This document shows positions 25,401 to 35,621 of a stretch of DNA of 64,000 bases, in pieces. The notes under the pieces are model-generated. The model was not told the DNA's origin, made no database searches, and saw nothing but the letters and a program-made list of their open reading frames with translations. The translations under genes were made by a program, and so were the position numbers. The stretch is from Pavona decussata (lineage: Eukaryota). The stretch lies in the NCBI GenBank assembly GCA_977016875.1, contig CDRNST010000123.1, positions 2,852,001-2,916,000 on the forward strand. Reading direction: 5' to 3'. Numbering within the stretch: the first letter of the stretch is position 1; every line of letters starts with the position of its first letter.

Positions 25401-25764
25401 TAATAGCAATTTGGGTCTGAGGGTGAAATCCTAGAGTATGACAACCAGGTAGCAAGAAATTTTGCACACGTCGTAATTATTGGGTAAGCATTTTGTGGAA
25501 ACTATTGAGAGAAGTGTAATATTGCTAATCAAGTTACGGTTATGCCACGATCGACGATGCTCAAAAGGAATTGCCGGAGTGAAAGGGTTGAGGCATTAAG
25601 TTTAGGAAAAACACTGAAGAATGTCTGCGGACAATGTCTGCAAAGAATGTATCTCAGCATTCACTCACGGCGGTGTCTTTTGAGTGACCCTGGTTGCCTG
25701 TACAGGCAAACGAGATGCTACGCTCACTAAAATCACCATTCCGTATCGCTTCTATCTTTTTCAG

Positions 25765-27951
25765 TGGCCGTCAAACTAACTTTGGTTTTAGCAGTAGTGG
25801 TCGGGGTAGCCTCGGCCCTAGCTGCCGCGTTATTAGCCGTGCTGTGCAAGTGCTGCTGGGTATGGTGGCGTTACCGCAGAACGCATCGCAGGCGCAGCCC
25901 CTCACAAGAGTCTTACTTCATACAGCAGAAGGGCAAATGGCCGGCGGGAATCACTTATCAAACTTATGAAAACGGCTCTGTGGCCGACTTCGACAGCATT
26001 TCCAGCGGAGAGGAACCGTATATTATTGAAACACCAGGAGAATTTGGCAAACTCCAGTTATGGCTTGATTACAACAAAGAAGAGGATGTTGTAATCATTG
26101 GACTAGTTCAAGCGAAGGGAATCATTTGCCGAACGAACGTACAAACCGCGTACGTTCATCCTGTGGTTCAGCTATGTAAGGGTGAAAAAACTCTGGATGA
26201 GAGAGTAATTGAGAAACAAAAAATGACCTTTGAACCGCAATGGAACGAGGAGTTGTTGTTTTCGTTGGACGGGAACCCAATAGGAAAACTTTCGTTCTCC
26301 ATTCGATTGATCGAACTGGACTCGTTTTCAAACTCGCATTTGATTGGTCAAGTGGTGCTTTCGCTGGACGAAGCGGAGCTTGGTGAACCGCATCCCAGGT
26401 GGTACGACATCGTTGGCTCGACAAAGGTAAACAACAATCTCTTGTTAAAATCTGTTATCTGTGAGCTAAATCTTCTAGGCCTAACAAAATTTGTTTAACG
26501 AATTTGACACCTAACAGTCTTAAGCGACTTAAAAACCTGTGGCCCGTAGGTTTCGGATCGAATCGAAATGCGATCGCAGAGAATACCTGGAGTTCACACT
26601 CCTCATCCTAAACTCGGTGACACCTGAGCAGTAACTATATGGCCACGCAAGGTTTTTTTTCATACACAGGCGAAGTAGCTGCTACAGTGTTCACGAGTTA
26701 ACATCATTGTGGACAAGTAAATCAGAGTAGATAATTTATCGCAAGTAAATTAGAGTAGATCAATTGACTTGCGAGGATAGAACTCCCATTTGCGGATCCA
26801 GGGGCGAAAGGCGGAATTCGCCATTAATTAATTCTTTTTTCCCATTTTTTCTTAAGATATTTTCACTCCGGGCGCGGTCCTATTTTTACACTTTTTACCC
26901 ACTTTTACACTAAGAGGAAATCCACTCGGGTCAAAAGATGTTCGAATAAATTCCTTGTCAAAAAGCCGCCAGACTCCGATTACAGAGACCTATAGAATCA
27001 CATGTCCTAAACACGACTCTTCCCTGATATAAGAGAGCGAAATACTTCTCAGGAAATCAAGCGCCTTTGAAAACATACTCTCACTACAATAACTTCTGTC
27101 TGCCTGTCACTTTATCTCCAGATGCCAAGTCATGAGTACGTTGGTGAGCTGCTCCTCTCATTAAACTACTTTCCCACCACCCAGCGTCTTACGATCGTGA
27201 TTCTAAAGGCACGAAACCTGAAAATAGAGTCGCAATCTGGTTTGTGGGGTAAGTTTGCGCTCTGTTTGTATAGCAACCAACGATTAAAAATGCATTATCA
27301 TAGTGACGACCAAAGTATTCAACCCCATTAGCCAATCATTGTCATAACAAGTGGACATAAACCAATACCAAAACAAGAAAAAAACACGTGACAAGTGCCA
27401 AGCGCGGGAAAAAGTGCAGCAAGCCAAATCACTCTCAATGTGGTTATGACGTAGTGCGATTGGTTGGCGGTACGTTTCACCTTTGGCTTTTAGCCAGTCT
27501 TTACAAGCGCTCGCGAAACGCAACAGGGTGGATGCAATAAGATGCGTATGAGAACCGCAAAGATAAAAAATGTTACGAGTTGAAACTGTGAACAGCAAAT
27601 GTAATTCGTAGCATGACAAATTGTATATTTTTTTCTACAGGACCCTCCGTCAAAGTGTTCTTGATGTTGAACAAAACGAGGTTAGGAAGAAAGCGGACAG
27701 CCATGCAGAAGAAGACGGTCAACCCTGTTTACAATGAAGCTTTCACGTTCAAAGTTACTACGGACACCCTCCAGAAAGTTACCTTCAAGGTTCTTGTTGT
27801 CAACAAGCATTCACATGGCTCTGATCAAGTGATTGGTCACGTGCTGCTTGGACAGCATGTGACCGGAAGTGGCTTTTCACACTGGACTCACATGTTAGCC
27901 TCGCTGCGGAAACCAATCGCCATGTGGCATCCCATAGTTCCTGGCTCGTAA
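25765..27951 (+). CDS. Synaptotagmin A: atypical TM-C2A-C2B synaptotagmin (probably Ca2+-independent), ~366 aa, 5' end on an upstream exon
   Basis: Exons 25765-26426, 27122-27248, 27641-27951 (GT-AG; phases 0 and 1). N-terminal TM with Cys cluster (LCKCCW); C2A GKLQLWLDY...PQWNEELLF; C2B GELLLSLNYFPTTQRLTIVILKARNL...NPVYNEAFTF...RKPIAMWHPI. Confidence 0.92.
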
Positions 27952-29326
27952 TGTCATGCAGCGCACGTGACTTGCGAGCCGAATATATTTATTCTATAGA
28001 CTCTATACAAGGGGAGTTTATTTATTACAATGGCTTCTGAGATTTTAAATTTATAGTGAGTAGTTAAATTGTATTTAATATTAGGAGTGTAAATATGAAG
28101 TAATTAAAAAACGAACGCTCAGACAAAGTTAACTTAAAAAGAAACGTAAAGTATTGTTGTGTTACATGCACAACACCAATTCGAACTTTCATTCAAACAA
28201 ATATAGTTTTAAACTCTTCTTTTAATTATTTTTAATTTAATCAGTTATGGTTAGCAGATTCCGGTTGTTGTGACCGCTTCTTATATTTTTTTAAAACGAC
28301 TTCTTTAACTTTAACTTCGTACAAGAACAACAGCACTCTTTTCCCTCTTCCTTTATTTTCTCTCCTTTTGGTTGATACTAAACCGACCTTTCTACATAAA
28401 ATTTATGATAAAGTATGGGGTGATGAAAGTCAGGGAAAAATAAATATCATGGTTCTCTCAGGGATAATGACGATGACGCTGGCGTCTTTAGACAACGAGG
28501 AAAAGATGGTGGGCAAGGGGAGGCAGAGAAGGGCGAGTGGAGGAGAGGCTTCACGAAGCTTGCCAGCTAACACAGCATTTTTTACAAAAGGTAACTTTCG
28601 GGTGTGCTTATATCTGTAATTCGTGGTGACAAATAGCAGAAGTGGAGGAGGGGAAAAATAAGGGTCTCTAATAAGCTTTACATTGCTGATCTGCATCGAG
28701 GGGGTTCCTAAGCGAGGGTTAGACTCGCAATTGTGTTTGGAAAGTTTGTAAAGAAATTTACTGAATTTGGAGTTAGAATGACAAAATTGAGTGAGAATTG
28801 AGGGGCCTTGTATCAAGGCTAAAGAAGAATTAGGGATTTATGCACTTATCAATCCAAAGGTTAGGAGTGCCTGAATTCTTTCGTGTCTGCCAGTGGCGAG
28901 AAGAGAGAAAACAGTTATGATAACAGGTATTCAGTGACCGGCAATGATAAGAATATAAATTCTGTAAGACAGAGTAACAATTATTTTGAGGTCTTGTATC
29001 AAGTCCATTGTCAAAACACAAGAGTCGAATGAAAAGCAATAAAAAGCTTTTAATATAATGGCGTCCCTTGTACATACAATAAGCTATGAGCAACCGTACA
29101 GGAAATTGAGATTTTTGCCTTCCACGCAATAAGTTGCAAATACATTTACAAGAACCTAACTTGCTTTCATGTCGTTTAAGAGGGGAAGGGGGGAGGGGGT
29201 GTTAACATTTTCATATTTTCATTCCAACAAGAGGTGAAAACTATACTGCGTTTACATAAGCTGTTTTTATGGCGATTTGAGTTTGAAACTTAAAGAAATA
29301 TGAAACGAACAGTCATCAGATACTAC

Positions 29327-29909
29327 AGACTTTCGATTCTAGTGCGAATACAAATACGACCACTGCCCCATTCACACCAAGGCTTAAACACGTTTAAAAG
29401 CTGTTTAGTTAAACACAGTTTAAAATTGTTCCTTCATAAAAGCTGCTTTCGAATTTTTGTAGACTACAGATTTAGCACAAATGAAAGCATAAGTTAAAGT
29501 TTACTTGAATCCTATGTCAAAGCCAATGGTTCAGCTTTCTGTTATCAATTTTCATGTTGTTAAACCCGATTTAACTAAACATGTTTTGTTGGTGTGAATG
29601 AGTTTTTCCAATAGACAAAGAGCGCATGCGTGTGAGTAAGTGTCATTTTGGCGGGAAAACGAGCTTACCGTCGTCATTTTACTACGAGTTTTTGTGAGAA
29701 TGGCGTAGTGGCGAAAACAAGTCCTTGAAACATAGGTGATCTCATCTTTTTGGAATCCCAAAAGCCCTAGCTATCATTATTCAAAACAATCGCGTCAAGT
29801 TCGTCGCTCACACAGAGTAAAATGAAGCTTCCTGGGATATCTCTCTTCTTAGTACTTCACTAAAAACTTTGTATTCGTAGCGGTACTCGTACCTAGAATC
29901 TAAAAGTCT
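29327..29909. mobile_element. MITE with a second MITE nested at ~29367-29602
   Basis: Outer TIR AGACTTTCGATTCTAG / CTAGAATCTAAAAGTCT; inner TIR CCCATTCACACCAA / TTGGTGTGAATGAG. Confidence 0.65.
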
Positions 29910-30108
29910 CTCCTCAGTGTGTTTACATGAGGTCAGTATGCCTTTCCAAGAATCTTGATCCGACACAGCTAGTGGTGTGAACTCACACAGATACGACTGA
30001 TACTGATGCGATTTGAGACCGGTAACACGTAACACATAGAGAGACACGTGAGAGAACCGGGATGAGTTCACACCTGTTTGAAATTCGAACTGGCAAAAAA
30101 TATAAGGC

Positions 30109-30710
30109 ACCTTCAGATTAGAGTACGAGAACGACATTAGGGAGCTTAAGGAACGACGACGGTAACGGCAACGAAAACGTCAACTGAAAATACATCTTTA
30201 TTTCATTTGTGCTACTTCGCGATTATTTCAACTCGTTCAACTTTTACAAAAATGGCGAACTATCCAGGAACCAAATTGGTAGGAGTGGCGTACAAGTTAA
30301 GAAAGAAAATGAAAAATTCATCGCCATGCGTGAAACTCACGTTCTCCACAAAACCTTAAAGGTGGTCATTTCACGTTGTTGTTTTACAGAGGACGCAAAG
30401 AAATTTACCAAATGTAAAACGCATTTGCAGAGCGATTGTTTTGTTCATTAAACCTATTGTTTTGCGGCGTTGTCGTTGCCGTCGCCGTCCGGCGTCGTTT
30501 CTTAAGCTCCCTAATTGAGTACGAGGACGACTTTCAAATTTCAAATCAGTCGCATCCCCAAAACTCTCGCTTCTTCCCGTTGTTTACCAACCGATAAGGA
30601 GACCCTAAAAACAAGATTGGTGTGACAAGTGGTTATCTAAACCACGTAAACTAGATGAGAAATGTCGTACTCGTACTCAATCTCGTACTCGTGGTCAAAT
30701 CTGGAGGACC
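30109..30710. mobile_element. MITE (GAGTAC-repeat TIR family) interrupted by a palindromic MITE at 30139-30512
   Basis: Outer ends ACCTTCAGATTAGAGTACGAG...CTCGTACTCGTGGTCAAATCTGGAGG. Inner TIR TTAGGGAGCTTAAG-AACGACG / CGTCGTT-CTTAAGCTCCCTAA splits the outer left TIR. Confidence 0.78.
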
Positions 30711-31453
30711 CTGTAATCATTCCCACGAAGCGCTTACGACAGGATGGAGGGTTTGCAAATCGTCTTGGAAACAAAAAATCTTACAAAAAGTATCCCATCA
30801 GAATCGAGCTGGCTCACGACTTGCGTGCAGCAATGCTTTGGTAAATTCAGATGGGATTCTAGACGCGAATTAATTAAAATTGATTATACTGTCGCGTGTT
30901 AAGTAAGCGATCAGTTCATAGATTGAGTTGAAGCAACGATCCCACAACATATCCTTCAAACTATAAATTAAAAGCGAAAAAAAAATTACTGACTTTCAAG
31001 ACTTCACAACCATAAAATTTGACACTCGCGAAAAATTTTCTTGGAAATATACAAATTATTGAAAATCAGAGCAATTTTAAGTGCTGTAAACATTAAAAAC
31101 AAAAGAAAATTATTTTAATCCAAAGAGGCGCGTGGTTTCAACTCCTGGATATTGAATGAATTCTAATAATTTAAAGAAAATTTACATCAGATTGAACATT
31201 GAACCCTGCAATGCTAACTGATTTGAATTTTGGAAATGGAGCTCTGAGAAGACCTTTATGTGTTTGTACTAATGGCACTCGAATCAAGCGAGGCGCTGTG
31301 AACAAACAATGAGACCGGTACATTTTAAGAAAGACTTTGGAATTTGAAATCCGACCAATACCCATGAAACAACAAACGCATCGTATGTACGGCGCTAAAT
31401 TCTCAGAGATGGATGGGTTCGTTGCAACGAGACTGCACTGTAAACAGCAGGGT

Positions 31454-33943
31454 TTACAAATAACTTTTAGAGCTCTCCAGAGCGGGGTAGTCCTTGAGAG
31501 CCTTCATCATGTCTTTTCGGCTCAGAGGCATCAAGGCGCCGTATGAAATGTCAGTGGGCCACGCAAACAAGGAATGCAAGATTCTAAAGTCACCTGACTC
31601 TGGGTCCACAAAGTAAAAGTCCGCTTTGCGCTGGCCATCAGCACAGGTACTGAAATCAAGAATCACGATGGAGCCATTTATACAGGTCACGTAAGGCCGA
31701 GTGATCTTAGCTTCCTCCAACATGGCCGCGTCCTGCTGCGCTGTCGGGCTAGACTCCACTGCAAGCACACCATGCACAAAACATGTCTTCCCTGCACTGC
31801 TTTTCCTTTCCACGTTCGTTTCATTGGACGTGAGGTAAACAAAGGAGCCTTCCTCCGAGCGTCCTTTTCGCGTATACAGCTTGTTCACCTGTATTTTGAG
31901 CACCTGCCAATCGTCTGTCGCTGGATCGTACATCTCGCAGTCTGTCGGAGTGACGTCTTCACCTCGCTCTCCACCAATCACATAGATTTTCTCATTATGG
32001 ACAAACGCAAAGGCGCTTGATCGAGGCTGGTGCATGGGCGAAACATACGCCCAGCGGTCAGTCTGTGGATCATACCTTTCCACTGTCTTTAGACACTCTC
32101 TGTGAGCCGAGCCGTCTGTGCCTCCGAACACGAAGATGTACCTATCTTTGTAGTTTACCGCAGTGAGCTCGTACCGCGGTTCACACATGTCCGCCACCGA
32201 TGTCCACGCCTGCTTCTCCACATCATAACGCTGCACTGTTTTGACTTCCGCGACCTCCTGCATAGACATTCCTCCAATCAAGTAAATAAATCTGCCCATA
32301 GTCACCGCCGCGCAGTCAAATGTCATCGGTGCAGAAGGTTCTATATCAGTGGTTGGAGCCACACCCGAGTTTGGCATAAGATGGCGGGCTGTCAGAGGGT
32401 TTCTGTGGAATGCGAGCTTGGGATTGTTCCAAGGAACTTGCACATATAGTCCAGAATTCGTGTAAACCAGAGGTGTGCCATTGGCCAGCATTGACTTGTT
32501 ATGAGGAATGCGAGCGATGAGAGACCACGGGCCAGCAAACGGAAGCCAGTAGCACAGATTGTAGGAGTGTGTATAATGCAGTCTATGTGTTAAGCCAAAC
32601 AGGACTACGTTGTGGAAATACGCGGTCTGATAAACATTCTCTGTTGAAACGCCATCTTTCAGCTTGTAGCCGGAGAATTTGGTCAACTCATCGACATCTT
32701 CATCAGCAGCAAGTTTCTTTAGGAAGACATCTGGAATGCTGGCCATGTGGATTAGATTCAAAAGTCTCTTGAAGGGCTCCTCTCTGTCCTCAGGCGAGTG
32801 TTTGTACCAGCGAACCAAAGATTCCAGCATTTGTGCTTCGCTGGACAAAATATCGTCGTTTGAAAGAAACCATCTAACATCCTGGTCCGTGATCTCCAGA
32901 TAATCGTTAGAGAGTGCAATACTCCAATAGTGAGTACATACAAAATTCACCATTTCTTGGTAAATTTCATCGAGACAATCGAAGCTTCTTACAAGTGAAT
33001 ATATGAGCCAAAAATTCGACAATGTTGAAGAATCCTTTACAAAATCAATAATTCGTCTTTTTAAGTGTTCTATGAGCAAGTAATCACTGGCTTGAAGCAG
33101 GCTCCTCGCGTTGTCAAAAGTAATGGCAATCTCTCCACTGTACACAAACGCCAACAACTCCTCCACGATTGCCTCGTCTATGACACCAAAGTCAACATTT
33201 CTTTCGTGAACCTCTCGCATTTCAGATCTAAAGAGTCCTTTGAAATAACAGCTCACAGCCGCAAGAACATTCTTATGAACTGGAACGACTCTGTCGCTAC
33301 CAGTTGTCAATGTGAGATCACAAAACAACCCTTCCTCCCGAAACAACGACAGATTAGTCAAAATAGCGTCTTGGTCGTTAGTATTGAATAGTTTCAACTT
33401 AGAAGCAGATCCTTTATTTCCATTTGTGTGTTCTGTATATTTCTTTAATAACTCTTGAAGACCCAAAATTTCGGCCACATAAAGCATCGATGAGGCACTC
33501 TGCTGATCCAATTTACATTTTCCTGTGTATAAGATATTGAGCATATTCTCCATAGTACTTGGTTCGACTTTTTCAAACTCGTGGTAAACAGCTTGAGATG
33601 AGTCGTTGTTAGAAAACAGTTCCCTAAAGTAACATGAACTGGCAGCCAACACATTTCTGTGGACTGGAAAATCCTTGCCGTTCACTTTTATGGTAAAGTC
33701 GGTAAAAAGGCTTTCGTGCCGGAATGTATTGAGAGTTTCAAGTAGGAAGAGCTGGTAGGAAGTCTTCACAGAAATAGGTCCCTCACTGCCCTGTTCTTCT
33801 TCTCCTGCTTCGGAGTCTCTTACGGCATTTTCTTCTTCGCTTGGTGCTAACGATAAATCTACATTGCTTGGATGTAATGCTTCCAATGGATGCTGCTGCT
33901 CAGCAGCACAAGTGCATGTGCATTTTGACCATGTTTTACCCAT
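31454..33943 (-). CDS. Double-BTB/BACK/Kelch protein copy 1 (829 aa, intronless CDS, predicted N-terminal acylation)
   Basis: BTB1 FTDFTIKVNGKDFPVHRNVLAASSCYF; BTB2 FCDLTLTT...VPVHKNVLAAVSCYFKGLF; BACK YLEIT...SEAQMLESLVRWYKH; Kelch repeats IYLIGG...QRYD...W, IFVFGG...VERYDP...W, IYVIGG...CEMYDP...W; N-terminus MGKTWSKCTCTC. Confidence 0.95.
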   Translation of the reverse strand: MGKTWSKCTCTCAAEQQHPLEALHPSNVDLSLAPSEEENAVRDSEAGEEEQGSEGPISVKTSYQLFLLETLNTFRHESLFTDFTIKVNGKDFPVHRNVLAASSCYFRELFSNNDSSQAVYHEFEKVEPSTMENMLNILYTGKCKLDQQSASSMLYVAEILGLQELLKKYTEHTNGNKGSASKLKLFNTNDQDAILTNLSLFREEGLFCDLTLTTGSDRVVPVHKNVLAAVSCYFKGLFRSEMREVHERNVDFGVIDEAIVEELLAFVYSGEIAITFDNARSLLQASDYLLIEHLKRRIIDFVKDSSTLSNFWLIYSLVRSFDCLDEIYQEMVNFVCTHYWSIALSNDYLEITDQDVRWFLSNDDILSSEAQMLESLVRWYKHSPEDREEPFKRLLNLIHMASIPDVFLKKLAADEDVDELTKFSGYKLKDGVSTENVYQTAYFHNVVLFGLTHRLHYTHSYNLCYWLPFAGPWSLIARIPHNKSMLANGTPLVYTNSGLYVQVPWNNPKLAFHRNPLTARHLMPNSGVAPTTDIEPSAPMTFDCAAVTMGRFIYLIGGMSMQEVAEVKTVQRYDVEKQAWTSVADMCEPRYELTAVNYKDRYIFVFGGTDGSAHRECLKTVERYDPQTDRWAYVSPMHQPRSSAFAFVHNEKIYVIGGERGEDVTPTDCEMYDPATDDWQVLKIQVNKLYTRKGRSEEGSFVYLTSNETNVERKSSAGKTCFVHGVLAVESSPTAQQDAAMLEEAKITRPYVTCINGSIVILDFSTCADGQRKADFYFVDPESGDFRILHSLFAWPTDISYGALMPLSRKDMMKALKDYPALESSKSYL

Positions 33944-34215
33944 TTCAATCTCAACAAAACAACAACTGACTCACTCTCTACTCTCATGTCACACAACACC
34001 TTTTGCATCACACAACACCAGACCCGTCAAGCCTTGTGAACTCCCCTTCTCCATGTACGTAGCATGCCTTGTCCTTGGGTTGGAAGCAATACACATTTCA
34101 TGTCCTTTGTTGTACAGAGTAAAACTGATCGTATTCACACATCATTGTCACAACCTGAAAAGGATGAATTATATTTTAAAATCATGATTTCTATGATACA
34201 GTCAAACCCTGCTAC

Positions 34216-34658
34216 TGGGGGGGGGGGGGGGGGGGAGGTACTCTAAACATTTTTGGTTGGAGGAATGCCACTGGGACTCTGAAACTCTTACCCTAAACCA
34301 GACCAAGTTCAGCTGCATTTTGCATCCCTATACTAGATAAAAGACCAGAAATCCCTACCCTATCCCAGACTCGCTATTTTCCAGAAACTCAATCAATAAG
34401 ACAGTCCAGCCAAAACAAAATCTTCTACATGTACAACAACAACTAAAACACAATTTTTGAGTGTCAATTCCTGGGAAACGTAGTTTAGACTAAATTCTTC
34501 AAGCAATGGATCAGTTTCCCTGAAAATGATGCCCTATTCTAGACCAAAACTCTCTCATTTCTATAGCCTATCCCAGACTAAACTGATTGAAAACCATACC
34601 CTTGACAGCGGCAGATATTCATATAGCTTATATATATATTTCCCCCCCCCCCCCCCCC
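34216..34658. mobile_element. Non-autonomous element bounded by poly-G and poly-C termini
   Basis: Poly-G run + AGGTACTC at the left and TATATTT + poly-C run at the right; resembles the host repeat at ~10630-11290. Confidence 0.5.
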
Positions 34659-34810
34659 GCTCACATTTGTTCCTGGAAAAATGTATCAAAGATGAAAAGC
34701 AAGTGTGTGAACCATGAAAACATGATGTATTATTCTAGACATTCAAATCCTAGCAGTGTGTAGGATATTTGTCCCATGAACCTAGTTTAATGGCCTTAGT
34801 TAGCTCCCCC

Positions 34811-34889
34811 GAGTCTCCTGTAGCTCAGTGGTAGAGTATCCGAACTAGTAATCAGACGGTCTTAGGTTCGACTCCTGACAGGAACACTC
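34811..34889 (+). repeat. tRNA-like head (Thr-AGT-like) of a SINE-type repeat (~34720-34985); not a functional tRNA
   Basis: CCTGTAGCTCAGTGGTAGAGTATCCGAACTAGTAATCAGACGGTCTTAGGTTCGACTCCTGACAGG: intact A/B boxes but mismatched D and anticodon stems. Confidence 0.65.
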
Positions 34890-35270
34890 GGCTTTCTTCT
34901 TTCCGAGTATGCCTGTGTCACTCTCTAGAATAATACATCATTCTCATTCATTCACCAGGCTGGATATATACCATCACATTTAGTTCAATAATATTACTTT
35001 ACACCATGCCTGAGAAATAGCGATCATTAAATTGTTTTCTGGTCGTTCTTGCAAGCAAAATCAACAAGATCTAGCAATATTTCTTGGATGTTTTAATAAA
35101 AAAATTATTCCACTCGCACTTGTTGGATATGGTATGATTACAGCCAACTTGGTGCTATGCACCTTGTTGGCTATCTATCATCTCATATCCAACGCACGCT
35201 CATTGAATAATATCCTACTTTTGTTACTGTGCATACGTTCTGCGCATCTCAAGATACTCAGGTTTCCAAT

Positions 35271-35349
35271 GGGTGGCGCCTAATAATACCAGGATATGAA
35301 TTTTTTGCACGGTTTAAAACTATGCAGAGATAGCAGAACTTAGCAAGTG

Positions 35350-35393
<44 letters not shown>

Positions 35394-35621
35394 CAGAGAA
35401 AATAAAACTTCAACTTGGGGAAAAAAGGCATACATTGCTTTGTATTTTAGCACATTTTAAAATTATTGTTGCTTAATTATCTCTAAAAAATGCATGGTTA
35501 CCCCCCCCCCCCCCCACCCTATTATCTTTTTGGATTCCACTAGTCCTTGCTGAGATATGCTTTTCTCGCATAGTCATAAACAACGCAAAAATACTTCTGT
35601 ACCAGTAGGCACCATCCTTAA
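35271..35621. mobile_element. MITE ending in GTAGGCACCATCCTTAA
   Basis: Degenerate TIR GGGTGGCGCCTA / TAGGCACCATCC; internal inverted GGGGGTAACCATGCATTTTT / AAAAATGCATGGTTACCCCC. Confidence 0.55.

Noticed and set aside
31772-33654. Multiple antisense and alternative-frame ORFs over Kelch copy 1
   Set aside because: Shadow ORFs of a long coding region.
34811-34889. tRNA-Thr(AGT) gene
   Set aside because: Mismatched stems and embedded in a repeat; a SINE-like head rather than a functional tRNA.
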